A DNA stretch of 64,000 nt, from positions 5,565-69,564 of the forward strand of contig JAZTYU010000025.1 in NCBI GenBank assembly GCA_045637165.1. The letters are read 5' to 3'. The notes beneath the pieces are model-generated. The model was not told the DNA's origin. It saw only the letters and a program-made list of their open reading frames with translations, and made no database searches. Origin of the DNA: Candidatus Enterousia sp. (GTDB lineage: Bacteria > Pseudomonadota > Alphaproteobacteria > Rs-D84). This document shows, in pieces, positions 17,230 to 27,676 of this stretch (position 1 is its first letter; each line of letters begins with the position of its first letter). A program made the translations under genes and the position numbers.

Positions 17230-19410
17230 CTATTTCTTGATTTCTTCACCAGTTTTCTGGTCGATACCAACCATTGACATACGTGTTTTGCCACGTTTGT
17301 CCGCACCCAGATAACGAACATAAACTGTATCGCCTTCTTTGATTTTTGTATCTTCGATTTTTGCAATACGTTCGCCGGTGATTTCAGAAATATGAACCAT
17401 CGCTTCAAATCCGTTCATGATTTTTACAAACAGACCAAAGTCTTTCATGCCAGAAACCGTTCCTTTGTAAATCTGGCCTACTTCTGGTTCTGCAACAATG
17501 TCTTTGATACGACGGATTGCTTCGTCTGCATCTTCTTTGGTTGTTGCCATAATTTTAATTGATCCATCGTCTTCCAAGTCAATAATCGTGTTAGTTTCAC
17601 GAACCAGAGCCTGAATTACAGAACCGCCTTTGCCGATTACTTCACGAACTTTGTCTGGGTTGATTTTCATTGTATATGCCTGCGGGGCATATTCTGAAAC
17701 ATTACTGCGTGGCTTTTTGATTGCTTTTTCAATCTTGCCCAAGATGTGCATACGACCATCTTTGGCCTGGGCCAATGCATGTTCCATAATTTCAAATGTG
17801 ATAGATGTGATTTTAATATCCATCTGCAAGGCTGTGATACCCTGGTCTGTGCCTGTTACCTTGAAGTCCATATCACCCAAGTGGTCTTCGTCGCCCAAGA
17901 TATCAGTCAAGATAGCGTAATCATCACCTTCTTTAATCAAGCCCATTGCAATACCTGCAACCGGACGTTTCATTGGAACACCACCGTCCATCATCGCCAA
18001 TGTCGCACCACATGTTGTCGCCATTGATGAAGAACCGTTTGATTCCAAAATGTCCGACACAATACGGATTACATAATCAAATTCGCTGCGGGTTGGAACC
18101 ATTGGATGAACTGCACGCCATGCCAAGTTTCCGTGACCAATTTCACGACGACCCGGAGATTTCAAACCTTTGCATTCGCCAACAGAATAACCTGGGAAAT
18201 TATAGTTCAAGATGAAATCACGTTCTTCGGCACCATCTAATGATTCAATTGGCAATGCGTCTTTGCCGCCACCCAATGTCAATGATACCAAAGCCTGGGT
18301 TTCACCACGTGTAAACAATGCAGAACCGTGTGCACGTGGCAGAACACCCAATTCAATTTCAATTGGACGAACTGTCTTGTTATCACGGCCGTCAATACGT
18401 GGTTTGCCAGCCAAGATGTTGCCACGCATAATACGTGCTGTTAAATTTTCAACAACTTCATCAGCCCATGATTCCAACGTAGATGTGGCACGTTCTGTTT
18501 CTGGGAACAATTCTGGAATGCGTGCTTTTGCCTGGGCATGAATGTCTGACAATGTTTCCAAACGAACCAATTTTTCTTTGATTTGCAAAGCCGCTTCGAT
18601 TGCAGGTGCAAACTGTTCAAAATCAGATTCCATCAAAATCTGTTCTGGTGTTTTTTCAGGTATTGCCCAACGTTCTTTGCCGGCCTTGGCAGCCAATTCG
18701 TTGATTGCGTTGATAACAGCCTGTTGTGCATCAAATCCAAATTTTACCGCACCCAGAACTGTCTTTTCATCCAATTCACCAATTTCAGATTCTACCATCA
18801 AAACGCCGTTGTTTGTCGCAGCAACAACCAAATCCATTTCAGAATCTTCAGTTTCTTTTTTCGATGGATTCAAAATATACTGACCATCAGAATAACCAAC
18901 ACGGGCCGCACCAATTGGTCCCTGGAATGGAACACCACTTAAAGCCAATGCAGCAGATGATGCAATCATTGCCAAAATATCAGGCTGATTGACTTTGTCA
19001 TAAGAAAACACCTGAGCAATAATCTGAACCTTGTTCTTGAATGTTTCTGGGAACAAAGGACGGATTGGACGGTCAATCAAACGTGCTGTCAATGTTTCAG
19101 CCGTTGATGCCTTGCCTTCACGTCTATCACGTGAACCTGGGATACGACCAGCAGACGCAAATTTTTCTTGGTAGTCAACAGTCAATGGAAAGAAATCTTG
19201 CCCTTCGACGGCAGATTTTTCCGCACAAACAGTTGCCAAAACCATTGTTTCACCCATTGTCGCCAAAACCGAACCGTTGGCCTGCTTTGCCATACGACCT
19301 GTTTCCAGACGCAATGTTGTGTTGCCGTATGGAATTTCAACAGCAACAGGGTTGTTTAATTGGACTTTTTCGTCTTTCTTGAATAAACCAAATACCATTT
19401 TTTTCTCCAT
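17230..19410 (-). CDS. pnp: Polyribonucleotide nucleotidyltransferase (PNPase)
   Basis: 726 aa: two RNase PH domains, a KH domain (KIREVIGKGGSVIQALV) and an S1 domain (GQIYKGTVSGMKDFGLFV). The start may be ATG 19398. Confidence 0.97.
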   Translation of the reverse strand: MEKKMVFGLFKKDEKVQLNNPVAVEIPYGNTTLRLETGRMAKQANGSVLATMGETMVLATVCAEKSAVEGQDFFPLTVDYQEKFASAGRIPGSRDRREGKASTAETLTARLIDRPIRPLFPETFKNKVQIIAQVFSYDKVNQPDILAMIASSAALALSGVPFQGPIGAARVGYSDGQYILNPSKKETEDSEMDLVVAATNNGVLMVESEIGELDEKTVLGAVKFGFDAQQAVINAINELAAKAGKERWAIPEKTPEQILMESDFEQFAPAIEAALQIKEKLVRLETLSDIHAQAKARIPELFPETERATSTLESWADEVVENLTARIMRGNILAGKPRIDGRDNKTVRPIEIELGVLPRAHGSALFTRGETQALVSLTLGGGKDALPIESLDGAEERDFILNYNFPGYSVGECKGLKSPGRREIGHGNLAWRAVHPMVPTRSEFDYVIRIVSDILESNGSSSMATTCGATLAMMDGGVPMKRPVAGIAMGLIKEGDDYAILTDILGDEDHLGDMDFKVTGTDQGITALQMDIKITSITFEIMEHALAQAKDGRMHILGKIEKAIKKPRSNVSEYAPQAYTMKINPDKVREVIGKGGSVIQALVRETNTIIDLEDDGSIKIMATTKEDADEAIRRIKDIVAEPEVGQIYKGTVSGMKDFGLFVKIMNGFEAMVHISEITGERIAKIEDTKIKEGDTVYVRYLGADKRGKTRMSMVGIDQKTGEEIKK

Positions 19411-19533
19411 TTTATTTGATTCTGATTTTGCGAAGAAAAATCATTCGTTTGTGCATTCTGTGATAAACACACAAAGGAACAATTTAGTCTTCGCCATGGC
19501 AATTATAAACCATATTTACACCATTGCAAGTTA

Positions 19534-19560
19534 TTAAAAAAAGCCCCCAAACGGGGGCAG
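19534..19560 (-). terminator. Hairpin terminator downstream of the RND pump gene
   Basis: GCCCCC-aaac-GGGGGC. It is preceded by A7 on the plus strand, which gives a T-run on the transcribed strand. Confidence 0.7.
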
Positions 19561-19563
19561 GTC

Positions 19564-22500
19564 TTATTTTTTCAATCGTGTTCGCCATGTGCGTAAACGT
19601 TCCATAAGCAGGAATAACGCAGGCGTCAATGTAAAGGTGAATATCAGACTGGCCAGCATACCACCAATCATAACCGCACCCATTGCGACCTTCATACCAT
19701 CAATGGACCATAACTGTGGAACCATACCGGCAATAACAGCAATCGATGTCATCAAAACCATATTGCGTTTGTCGGTCAATTCTGCCCACAAGGCTGTTTT
19801 TGCATCTTGGCCCTGGGAAATGCGAACTATGGTTGGTTCCAGCACCAAAATATTATTGTTTACCACCAAGCCAACCAACATAACAAACGCCAACATCGCA
19901 CCAACGTTCATTGTTGCCCCAGACAGGAACATCATAACAAATACGCCTGTAAAACTGGTCAAAATCGATGTGGCAATCGTAAATGGATGAACTAATGAAT
20001 TCAATATCGCAGCCAACAACATAAAGGTCAAGATTGTCGCCAACAAGAAGGCACGACCTATTTCACTGGCTGATTCTGCCTGGGTGTCAGACATACCACC
20101 GAACTTGGTAAAATAACCTGGTTGCCAATCAATTTTATTTAATTCAGATTGAATCTTGGCCTGGACTGGTCCCATTGTTGATTTACCAATATTGATATCG
20201 ATTTCGGTGTATCTGTTTTTATCTTCACGGCGGATATCAGATGTGCCAGGCTCTGTTCGGACAGCCCCCAAGGACGACAGTGGCACCATACCCTTTTGCG
20301 AATTTACATATACGGTATCAAACAAAGACGCATTTTTGAAAGGCTTGGCAAATTCCAAGATGATTGGGTATTCTTCGCCAAATTCTTTATATTTGAATTC
20401 GTCATTACCGTAAAGTGCTGTTCGCAAGGTCGTTCCAGCATAGGAATTTTGAACACCCCAGAAATTCATCTTGTCCTGGTCTGGGATAAACTGTGTTTCC
20501 AAGGCTGGTGCCTGCTGGGCACGGACAGCAGATTGAACTTCTGGAATCTGGTTCACTATTTCAATAATCTGGCTGGCATACGCTTCACGGGTTGCGTCAT
20601 CTTCACCAAAGACATTTAAGACCAAGTCTGATGAAACACCTGATGACATTGCTTCGCCAGCACGAATTTGAATTTCTGCATCTGGGATATTTGCAATCGC
20701 AGGCAAGATTTTTTGTGCCAAAATCTTGTCCGACAATTTACGCTCTGACGCATCGACTAATTCAACTGTTATTGTTATATTCTGTAAACCACGTTCGCCG
20801 ATTTTTACGGTTGTTGATTTAACCTCTGGGAACTGGGTCAAAGCCTGTTCTATATCAACGGCGATTGATTCAGACTTTTCAAATGTCGCCCCCATTGGTG
20901 CACGTGCAGTGATTGTTATTTCGTTCGCATCAGTTGATGGTTGAAATTCATTTCCAACAAACTTCATCAACATCGTAGATGAAATAAATATCACAAACAC
21001 AATCCCCAATACACCCCACGGATGCGACGCCTGATAATCATAGCAGCGACGCAACCAACCTGTGCTGGTCGGCTTTGGATATGTTTGCTTTTCTTTTTTG
21101 GCCTGACCGTGATTGCCCAGACGCAAGAACCTGGCAATCATCATTGGTGTCAATGTGAACGAGAACATCAACGACAACAACGTCAAGTAAACAACAGTCA
21201 TACCAAACTGGACCATGAATTGACCAACAATACCGCCCATAAATGCCAACGGCAAGAACACTACGACGTTTGTGCCAACACCAGCCAAAACAGAAACAGC
21301 AACTTTTTTTGTTCCGTCAATTGCGGCATCTTCGGCATTTTTGCCGGAACGCATTTCTTGCAAGGCGGATTCAATCAAAATAATTGCATTCGATACCAAC
21401 GTTCCCAACGCCGAAGAATACGCCAGTAAGGTCATCGCATTGATTGTAAAGCCGTCTTTGTCCATAAAGAAGAACCCAGCCAACAATGATGCAGGAATCA
21501 CAACACCTGCGATAACTGTTGAACGCCAATTACGGGTAAACGCCAACAAAACTAAAATAGTTAAAACAACCCCCAAGACAATGCCATCAATGGTGCTGTC
21601 TGTTTCATCAGCGATTGTTATTGACGAGTCTGAAACAATCTGCATCTGGGCACCAGGGAAACGTGATTCCAGGTCTGATTGCAACTGAGGCAGACGTTCG
21701 TGCAAGGCACGTGAAATATTTATCGCATTTCCATCCGATGCCTTGACCACGGATGCAATTACAACAGATTCACCATTATAACGTGCACCGTTTTCAATAT
21801 CACGGGCCGCATCAGAAATCTGGGCAATGTCAGATAATTTGAATTTGTTTCCTTCGACCGTTGTTAAACGCAGATTCGCAATTTCATCAACCGATGCAAA
21901 TTCACCAACAAAGCGGACGTTTGAAGAATTTGCCGTTGTTTCAATTTTACCCCCAGGAACGTTCAAGTTATGTGCACCCAGCGCAGATACTACGTCCATT
22001 ATTGTCACACCGTTTGCAGCCATCAAGTCCGGATTCATTGCAATGCGGATTGCACGTTCACGACCACCAAAAATCGATACACTGGATACACCACTGATTG
22101 ATGTAATTTTTGTCGAAAGAAAATTATCAACATATTCTTCTAAATCACGTGCATCGGCACCGTGCAGAACAATATCAACAACAGACTGTTGCAATGGATT
22201 TAATTTCTCTACAACAGGTTGATTCATATCTTCGGGAAATTCAGAAATCAAAGAGTCTAGTTTTGTTTTGATTTCTGTTGCCTTGTCATTTACATCAACA
22301 CCCAGGTTGAATTCCGCCATAACATAGCCACTGGTTTCATAGGCCTGGGATGTTATTTTTTTTAATTCTGACACTTCGGACATTGCGTCTTCGGCACGCT
22401 TGATAATCTGGGATTCAATTTCCGCAGGCGTTGCCCCAGGATAAACAAAGGTCGCAGTTACCATCGGAAAATCAACCGCAGGCGTGCGTTCAATGTTCAT

Positions 22501-22587
22501 ATTAGGAAACGATACCAGCCCCAATACAACCCACACCAAAACAAACATCAGTGTGGTAATTGGTCTGCGAACAAAAAATTTCAGCAT
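19564..22587 (-). CDS. RND efflux transporter, AcrB/HAE1-like inner-membrane pump
   Basis: About 1007 aa. MLKFFVRRPITTLMFVLVWVVLG start, 12-TM two-lobe architecture. ATG 22587 is preceded by a GGGGGA SD; the track start 22605 is a TTG. Confidence 0.92.
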   Translation of the reverse strand: MLKFFVRRPITTLMFVLVWVVLGLVSFPNMNIERTPAVDFPMVTATFVYPGATPAEIESQIIKRAEDAMSEVSELKKITSQAYETSGYVMAEFNLGVDVNDKATEIKTKLDSLISEFPEDMNQPVVEKLNPLQQSVVDIVLHGADARDLEEYVDNFLSTKITSISGVSSVSIFGGRERAIRIAMNPDLMAANGVTIMDVVSALGAHNLNVPGGKIETTANSSNVRFVGEFASVDEIANLRLTTVEGNKFKLSDIAQISDAARDIENGARYNGESVVIASVVKASDGNAINISRALHERLPQLQSDLESRFPGAQMQIVSDSSITIADETDSTIDGIVLGVVLTILVLLAFTRNWRSTVIAGVVIPASLLAGFFFMDKDGFTINAMTLLAYSSALGTLVSNAIILIESALQEMRSGKNAEDAAIDGTKKVAVSVLAGVGTNVVVFLPLAFMGGIVGQFMVQFGMTVVYLTLLSLMFSFTLTPMMIARFLRLGNHGQAKKEKQTYPKPTSTGWLRRCYDYQASHPWGVLGIVFVIFISSTMLMKFVGNEFQPSTDANEITITARAPMGATFEKSESIAVDIEQALTQFPEVKSTTVKIGERGLQNITITVELVDASERKLSDKILAQKILPAIANIPDAEIQIRAGEAMSSGVSSDLVLNVFGEDDATREAYASQIIEIVNQIPEVQSAVRAQQAPALETQFIPDQDKMNFWGVQNSYAGTTLRTALYGNDEFKYKEFGEEYPIILEFAKPFKNASLFDTVYVNSQKGMVPLSSLGAVRTEPGTSDIRREDKNRYTEIDINIGKSTMGPVQAKIQSELNKIDWQPGYFTKFGGMSDTQAESASEIGRAFLLATILTFMLLAAILNSLVHPFTIATSILTSFTGVFVMMFLSGATMNVGAMLAFVMLVGLVVNNNILVLEPTIVRISQGQDAKTALWAELTDKRNMVLMTSIAVIAGMVPQLWSIDGMKVAMGAVMIGGMLASLIFTFTLTPALFLLMERLRTWRTRLKK

Positions 22588-22608
22588 ATTTTCCCCCTTG
22601 GTCAAAAA

Positions 22609-23208
22609 TTATTTTTTTATTTGGACTTTTGTGCCAGCATCAACCGCAGACAAAATCACAATATCACCATCAGAAATACCAGATGCAATAAATGCATTTT
22701 CAGAATCTTGGCGGGCAATTTCGATTTGACGAGCCTGGGCAACGCCATTTTTTTCCACCATAACCGTGTTGTTTGAAATTGCATACAATGGAATAAAGTA
22801 GCCCATCGCCTGATATTCTGCAAACTGCAAACCATCTGAAACGCCAGACGTGCGAACAACAAACATACCCGTGTCATAGTCCAAACCTGATGAAACAGAT
22901 ACTATTTTACCATTACCAATTTTCTGGCCTGCCTTTAACCGGGCAACCCGGTCGCCACTAACATAGGCACGATTATTTTTTACCGCCAGTGGTTCATACA
23001 AAACACCAGATGTCTTGGTCATCTCAAGTGCCATTACAGGTGCACCAGAATCAGCCGCAACACGTGACGCATTAAACACATAGCGTGCATTTTCAGACGC
23101 AACAGCCGCAAATCTGAATATTACCCAGCCAACCAATATCGCAATCAGCGATATATACATTATTTTTTTGAACATTTTTGTCGCAAGTGTTCTTTGTATT
23201 TTTTCCAT
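22609..23208 (-). CDS. Unusually short (199 aa) periplasmic adaptor-like protein of the RND operon
   Basis: It sits between the tolC-like and acrB-like genes with 2-3 nt gaps. It has an N-terminal TM anchor and then beta-rich segments resembling barrel-sandwich/beta-barrel adaptor parts (..AYVSGDRVARLKAGQKI..; ..GDIVILSAVDAGTKVQI). No coiled-coil hairpin is visible. Confidence 0.6.
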   Translation of the reverse strand: MEKIQRTLATKMFKKIMYISLIAILVGWVIFRFAAVASENARYVFNASRVAADSGAPVMALEMTKTSGVLYEPLAVKNNRAYVSGDRVARLKAGQKIGNGKIVSVSSGLDYDTGMFVVRTSGVSDGLQFAEYQAMGYFIPLYAISNNTVMVEKNGVAQARQIEIARQDSENAFIASGISDGDIVILSAVDAGTKVQIKK

Positions 23209-23210
23209 TT

Positions 23211-24542
23211 TTATTCACCTAACTTTTTTACTGATTCCGCAGACATTAAAATCTGATATTTCATTTTCAAGACCGACACATCCAGTTGATATAACCCGGC
23301 CGAAACATCCGACAATTCAACCGCAGATGTTTGACCAGACGCAAATCGATTCTGGGACAGACTATAAGTCTTGGCCGCCAAATCACGTGCCTGAACCAAG
23401 TTCGCCAGATTATCACGCAATAAATCATACTGGGCAATCGCATTTTTATATTGCTCGGTTGTGATTTTCTTGGATTGTTCCAGGTCTTGACGGGTCGCTT
23501 CGGCATTCATTGCCTCTATCGTGGCATTGGCAGAATTTAAGCCACCTGTAAATATCGGCATTTGCAACGCCAATCCCCAATATGCGGACTGACCACCCTT
23601 TTTATCAAACAAATGTCCAACATCATCTGACATTGATGAATAAGTGTATGACGCAGTTGCCGCCAACGTTGGATATGAATTTGCACGCTGGGAACGGGCC
23701 ATGCGTTCATACATATTGACCTGTTCGTCCAAAATTTCCCATTGCGGTGTTGACTTTAATTCGCCTGCATTTAATGCGTCGAATTTATTTGGAAAATTAT
23801 CAGTCAATGTTATCGGTTCATCTACATCAATACCAGCCATAATCTTTAACATGCGATGTGCTGTATCACGATTAAACTTTGTTGATGCTAATTCAACCTC
23901 TTTGGCCAGAATATCAGATTCAATTTTTAACAAATTACTGCGATTCGCACGGCCTGCCGATGTCAATTTCTGTTTTGCCGTGCGGGCATTTTTCAAATCT
24001 TGTTCGGACAATTTTACCATTTCATCCGTCATCTTGGCAGTCCAATACAAGTCGGCTGCGGCATAGCGAACTTCACGCCCTGTCAATTCACGTGACGATT
24101 CTGCCATCTTGATTGCGGATTTTACAGATTTAACCGCATTGCCAATTTTGCCAAATGTATAAATTGGCTGGGTCAGGGTTAGGCCTGCCTGAAAAATATT
24201 ATCTGGAATTTCAATAACCACAGATTGGTCTTTTAATGATTCTGAAATCAGCCCACCCATTTCTGGGGGCAATTCAATCCCCATCGACTTAGACGGGTTT
24301 TCAATATTTACCAGATTCATATATGATGCAGATGCATCTAACTTAAACCAACGGTTAGCGTTGGCTGCATCCAGGGACGCCTCGGCTTTTTTCAGATTAG
24401 CGTTCGCCTTTTTCAAATCGTGCGATTGAGCTGTAATCTTTTCAACTGCATCATTCAATGACAAATCCAAAGAATATGCCGGCGAAACAATAATACCGGC
24501 ACAAACAGCCATGAATAATGATGTCAATGTTATTTTAGTCAT
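23211..24542 (-). CDS. TolC-family outer-membrane efflux protein
   Basis: 443 aa. Signal peptide, and two repeated helical/beta halves typical of OEP family proteins. Confidence 0.85.
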   Translation of the reverse strand: MTKITLTSLFMAVCAGIIVSPAYSLDLSLNDAVEKITAQSHDLKKANANLKKAEASLDAANANRWFKLDASASYMNLVNIENPSKSMGIELPPEMGGLISESLKDQSVVIEIPDNIFQAGLTLTQPIYTFGKIGNAVKSVKSAIKMAESSRELTGREVRYAAADLYWTAKMTDEMVKLSEQDLKNARTAKQKLTSAGRANRSNLLKIESDILAKEVELASTKFNRDTAHRMLKIMAGIDVDEPITLTDNFPNKFDALNAGELKSTPQWEILDEQVNMYERMARSQRANSYPTLAATASYTYSSMSDDVGHLFDKKGGQSAYWGLALQMPIFTGGLNSANATIEAMNAEATRQDLEQSKKITTEQYKNAIAQYDLLRDNLANLVQARDLAAKTYSLSQNRFASGQTSAVELSDVSAGLYQLDVSVLKMKYQILMSAESVKKLGE

Positions 24543-24984
24543 TTGTCAACTCCACCTTTTTCAAAACTTCGTGCATTGTGCGTAATGCATCGGTCAGACG
24601 TTTTTCGTCTTCACGGGAAACACCAATAAAAATACGTTCGATACCATCACGGAACAAATCCATTGCAACACGTGCCAACTCTGCCCCAGATGACGACACA
24701 CAATACCAAGTGTTGCGGCGGTCATTTTCGTCAATCGTGCGAACAACCAAACCGTCCGCTTCTAATTTACGAAACGCAGCACATAAATTTGGTGCAGACA
24801 CATGTTCACGACGGGCAATATCTTTTAATCTGGCACGACCACCGTTATGCAAACGCACCAATATTGACATCATTTGACGTGGATAGCCGGTGCTGTCCAC
24901 ACGGTCAAGACGCAATTTTTCTGCAATCTTGTCCAGTGTCCAAATATTTTCTTCCATCAGACGAACAAATTCCTTGCGTGCCAT
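24535..24984 (-). CDS. MarR-family transcriptional regulator
   Basis: 149 aa. Winged-HTH segment (LKDIARREHVSAPNLCAAFRKLEADGLVVRTIDENDRRN). First gene of the efflux operon. Confidence 0.88.
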   Translation of the reverse strand: MARKEFVRLMEENIWTLDKIAEKLRLDRVDSTGYPRQMMSILVRLHNGGRARLKDIARREHVSAPNLCAAFRKLEADGLVVRTIDENDRRNTWYCVSSSGAELARVAMDLFRDGIERIFIGVSREDEKRLTDALRTMHEVLKKVELTND

Positions 24985-25157
24985 TTATTCCTCCTATATA
25001 ATAGGGCTGGTTATCAAGTTTATTAAAAAACTTAATTATTATATATTTTAACAATTGTTTTTTCAAGTAAAAAATTTCGCCCCTTTGTTTTTCTTGTCTT
25101 TTTTATTTGACGAATAGCGAATTGTGTGCAACGCTGGTGCGACACAAGGTAAATAAA

Positions 25158-25844
25158 ATGAACATAAAGAGTATATTTGATTTTTTTAGAAAAAGTCCAG
25201 ATGATAAAAAAGTCCTGATTGCAACGCAAACACATCCACAAGAATACTATCTGCGGATGTTTTGGGAAACCGTCTTGCCACAAATCACAGAAATAACAAC
25301 ACAGTCAAGATACGGATACCATGGTCTAAGCCATACCGCCCAGGTCGCAATGTTTGGTATCGATATCGCATACACAATTGGTCAAGACCCCTTACCTGTG
25401 ATTTTGGCGGCAGGTCTGCATGATTGTGCCAGAAAAAATGACGATTGGTGCAATGAACACGGTCCAAACGCCGTGCCAATCGCACGTGAATTTCTGGCAA
25501 AGAATTATCCAACACTAAACAAAACAGAAGTTAAACAAATTATCAATGCTGTTAAAAATCATACTAACGGCCGCATTGCCCGTGATGGTGTGGCGGCATG
25601 CCTGTGGGACGGGGACAGAATCCGCCTGTCGTGGGAAATGGGATATGACCCGTATTTCTTTACAACTATGCGTGGCCGCCAGATTGCATCGTTGAATCAG
25701 ACGGGACAAATATGCTATATCGCAGCCCAGGATGACTTTCTGGTAAAACATAACATTCGAACACGCCAACAAATTGAATATGACCGTCAGCAAGACAAAA
25801 TCCAATCCAAAATCGGCACACAGTTCAAAACAAAAGAACTATAA
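25158..25844 (+). CDS. HD-domain metal-dependent phosphohydrolase-like protein
   Basis: HGLSHTAQVA ... AAGLHDCARKND (H...HD pattern). ATG 25158 is preferred over the track start 25107. Confidence 0.65.
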   Translation: MNIKSIFDFFRKSPDDKKVLIATQTHPQEYYLRMFWETVLPQITEITTQSRYGYHGLSHTAQVAMFGIDIAYTIGQDPLPVILAAGLHDCARKNDDWCNEHGPNAVPIAREFLAKNYPTLNKTEVKQIINAVKNHTNGRIARDGVAACLWDGDRIRLSWEMGYDPYFFTTMRGRQIASLNQTGQICYIAAQDDFLVKHNIRTRQQIEYDRQQDKIQSKIGTQFKTKEL

Positions 25845-25891
25845 TTTTGTTATTGCAAAAATATAAATAATATTTATAATGATTGCGAAAT

Positions 25892-25965
25892 TGGGGTGTC
25901 GTCTAATGGTAGGACAAGAGATTTTGGTTCTCTTTATCATGGTTCGAATCCGTGCGCCCCAACCA
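25892..25965 (+). tRNA. trnQ: tRNA-Gln (anticodon UUG)
   Basis: TGGGGTGTCGTCTAATGGTAGGACAAGAGATTTTGGTTCTCTTTATCATGGTTCGAATCCGTGCGCCCCAACCA. The acceptor stem TGGGGTG pairs with CGCCCCA, the anticodon stem is AGAGA/TCTCT, and the loop is TT-TTG-GT. Confidence 0.88.
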
Positions 25966-26310
25966 AAATAAACAATGTCCGCAGGGGGGGCATTTTTTTG
26001 TTTTGCTATACGCCATCACTATGTAAATAACGTGGAAGACCCTGGCTCTGTTTCATACGTTGTATTTCGACCAGAAAATATTTTGTTCAATGGTCAGCCA
26101 CCAGTCAAAGAAAGCAAAACAAATATTTTGAAAGTAAAATTTTCAAATGATGTTTGCCGCCAACCTACAAAAATCGAACAGGCCGTCCTGAAATGCGAAC
26201 GTGCAAGAAGGAATGCCCAACCATTCAAATCCCGGTAAAGCACAATATTTGTTGACCATGACACTTTTTTTATATATCATTATTCGTTGGCAAACTATCA
26301 AGGATATAAA

Positions 26311-27507
26311 ATGGAAGATTTTAGATATTCGGCTTTTTGGATTTCAAAAGATTGCTTGAAATCATATATAGAAGGAACCATAGTAGAAAGAAAAATCAAA
26401 AGAAAAGATTTTTATAACAGCAATACATTGCTTACAGCCAGCATAATTGCCTGTATTGCAAATAACGACTATGAATTTGACGCCAGCGACAAAGAGACGG
26501 CAAATACTTTACAAGACCTGATTGAAATGTGTGGTATGGACGAGAAAGGTATTTATACAGATGCTGCACATCGTGCGATGCGTAATCTGTGCGTAATGCG
26601 TGGTATGAAACCTGACGCAATCAAATTACAAGATAAAACCAATACTACGTTGTGGGAACGCACAACTAATAAGGTCAAAGGATTTTTTGGGTGGGGAAAA
26701 AAGAGAGAGGCACAACAAAACTCAACAGAAGCAAGAACAGAAAGATTGCCATTGGCTATGGACACTTTTCGTCGTGAAAGAATTACCCTGATTACGGCAG
26801 CAACCGCATCAATTGTAATCATGTGTGCAACCGTTGCGGCGGGAATGTCTTTGAGTCGATGTTCTTCGTTAAACAATGACGGCAACGACGACCAAACAAA
26901 ACAAAAAACACAACAAGTTCTTCAAAAGCCAAACACTGACACATTAAAAATTCAACCACTGAATACATATAACAAAGATTGGAAAGTCGTTCGTGGTTCG
27001 CAACCTGCGTCTATGTCGCCAAAACCAAGCATCACGCCAATGGTTGAACAAAAACTTAGACCAACACCAACAACAGAACAGATGGCGGAAATCGCCCGTA
27101 TCAACGCGTGCTGCAACAGTTCTTTGAATATTCTGATTGGACAAAACGCACGTGATAAGTTATATAACCAAATTCGCAAACAGGTTGAACGTGGTATATT
27201 CCAAATTCCAGACGGCATGTCAGTTGAACGTGTTGCACACGCAATGACAATGAGTCGTATTTACGAAGGCAAAAGTGTTATCCTGGATGCACTGAACAGC
27301 GAACAAAAATTAAACAATGCACAACAACAAGCATTTGCAAAGTATATCGAAGAAATCGGTGTTAATGGTGTTGGCCTGCAAAAACGTATGGCCGCAAAAC
27401 AAAAGTTGTCCAGCCACAGTAAATATGACCAGGCATCCAAATCAATGAAAGCAACGCACGCAAAAAACTTGAAACAATTGCGTCAAATGCGGGCACATAC
27501 AAAATAA
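26311..27507 (+). CDS. Hypothetical membrane-anchored protein (398 aa), orphan
   Basis: ATG 26311 with an AGGA SD. One central TM helix (ITLITAATASIVIMCATVAAGM). The C-terminal half is Q/K/N-rich. No recognisable domain. Confidence 0.6.
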   Translation: MEDFRYSAFWISKDCLKSYIEGTIVERKIKRKDFYNSNTLLTASIIACIANNDYEFDASDKETANTLQDLIEMCGMDEKGIYTDAAHRAMRNLCVMRGMKPDAIKLQDKTNTTLWERTTNKVKGFFGWGKKREAQQNSTEARTERLPLAMDTFRRERITLITAATASIVIMCATVAAGMSLSRCSSLNNDGNDDQTKQKTQQVLQKPNTDTLKIQPLNTYNKDWKVVRGSQPASMSPKPSITPMVEQKLRPTPTTEQMAEIARINACCNSSLNILIGQNARDKLYNQIRKQVERGIFQIPDGMSVERVAHAMTMSRIYEGKSVILDALNSEQKLNNAQQQAFAKYIEEIGVNGVGLQKRMAAKQKLSSHSKYDQASKSMKATHAKNLKQLRQMRAHTK

Positions 27508-27510
27508 ATA

Positions 27511-27540
27511 GAACCGCCGGTTGGCGTTTTTATTTTTTTT
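27511..27540 (+). terminator. Weak hairpin terminator
   Basis: CGCC-ggtt-GGCG followed by TTTTTATTTTTTTT. Confidence 0.5.
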
Positions 27541-27601
27541 GGACATACGGAAAAGTTTCATTTGAAAATTATGCTTTTTAGGTATATCATAGGTTTGCAA
27601 C

Positions 27602-27676
27602 GCTCCCATCGTCTAGCGGTTAGGACATCAGATTCTCATTCTGGCAACACGGGTTCGATTCCCGTTGGGAGTGCCA
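27602..27676 (+). tRNA. trnE: tRNA-Glu (anticodon CUC)
   Basis: GCTCCCATCGTCTAGCGGTTAGGACATCAGATTCTCATTCTGGCAACACGGGTTCGATTCCCGTTGGGAGTGCCA. Glu-type D-arm (TCGTCTAGCGGTTAGGACA), anticodon loop TT-CTC-AT. Confidence 0.85.

Noticed and set aside
25050-25059. 10-bp palindrome AACAATTGTT in the marR / HD-gene divergent region as a MarR operator
   Set aside because: It is too short and AT-rich to distinguish from chance without comparative data.
25975-26238. 87-aa ORF in the gap after tRNA-Gln
   Set aside because: It starts inside the tRNA-Gln terminator-like region, has no SD and no recognisable motif. It could be a remnant, but I cannot support it as a gene. The 345-bp gap is noted in the findings instead.
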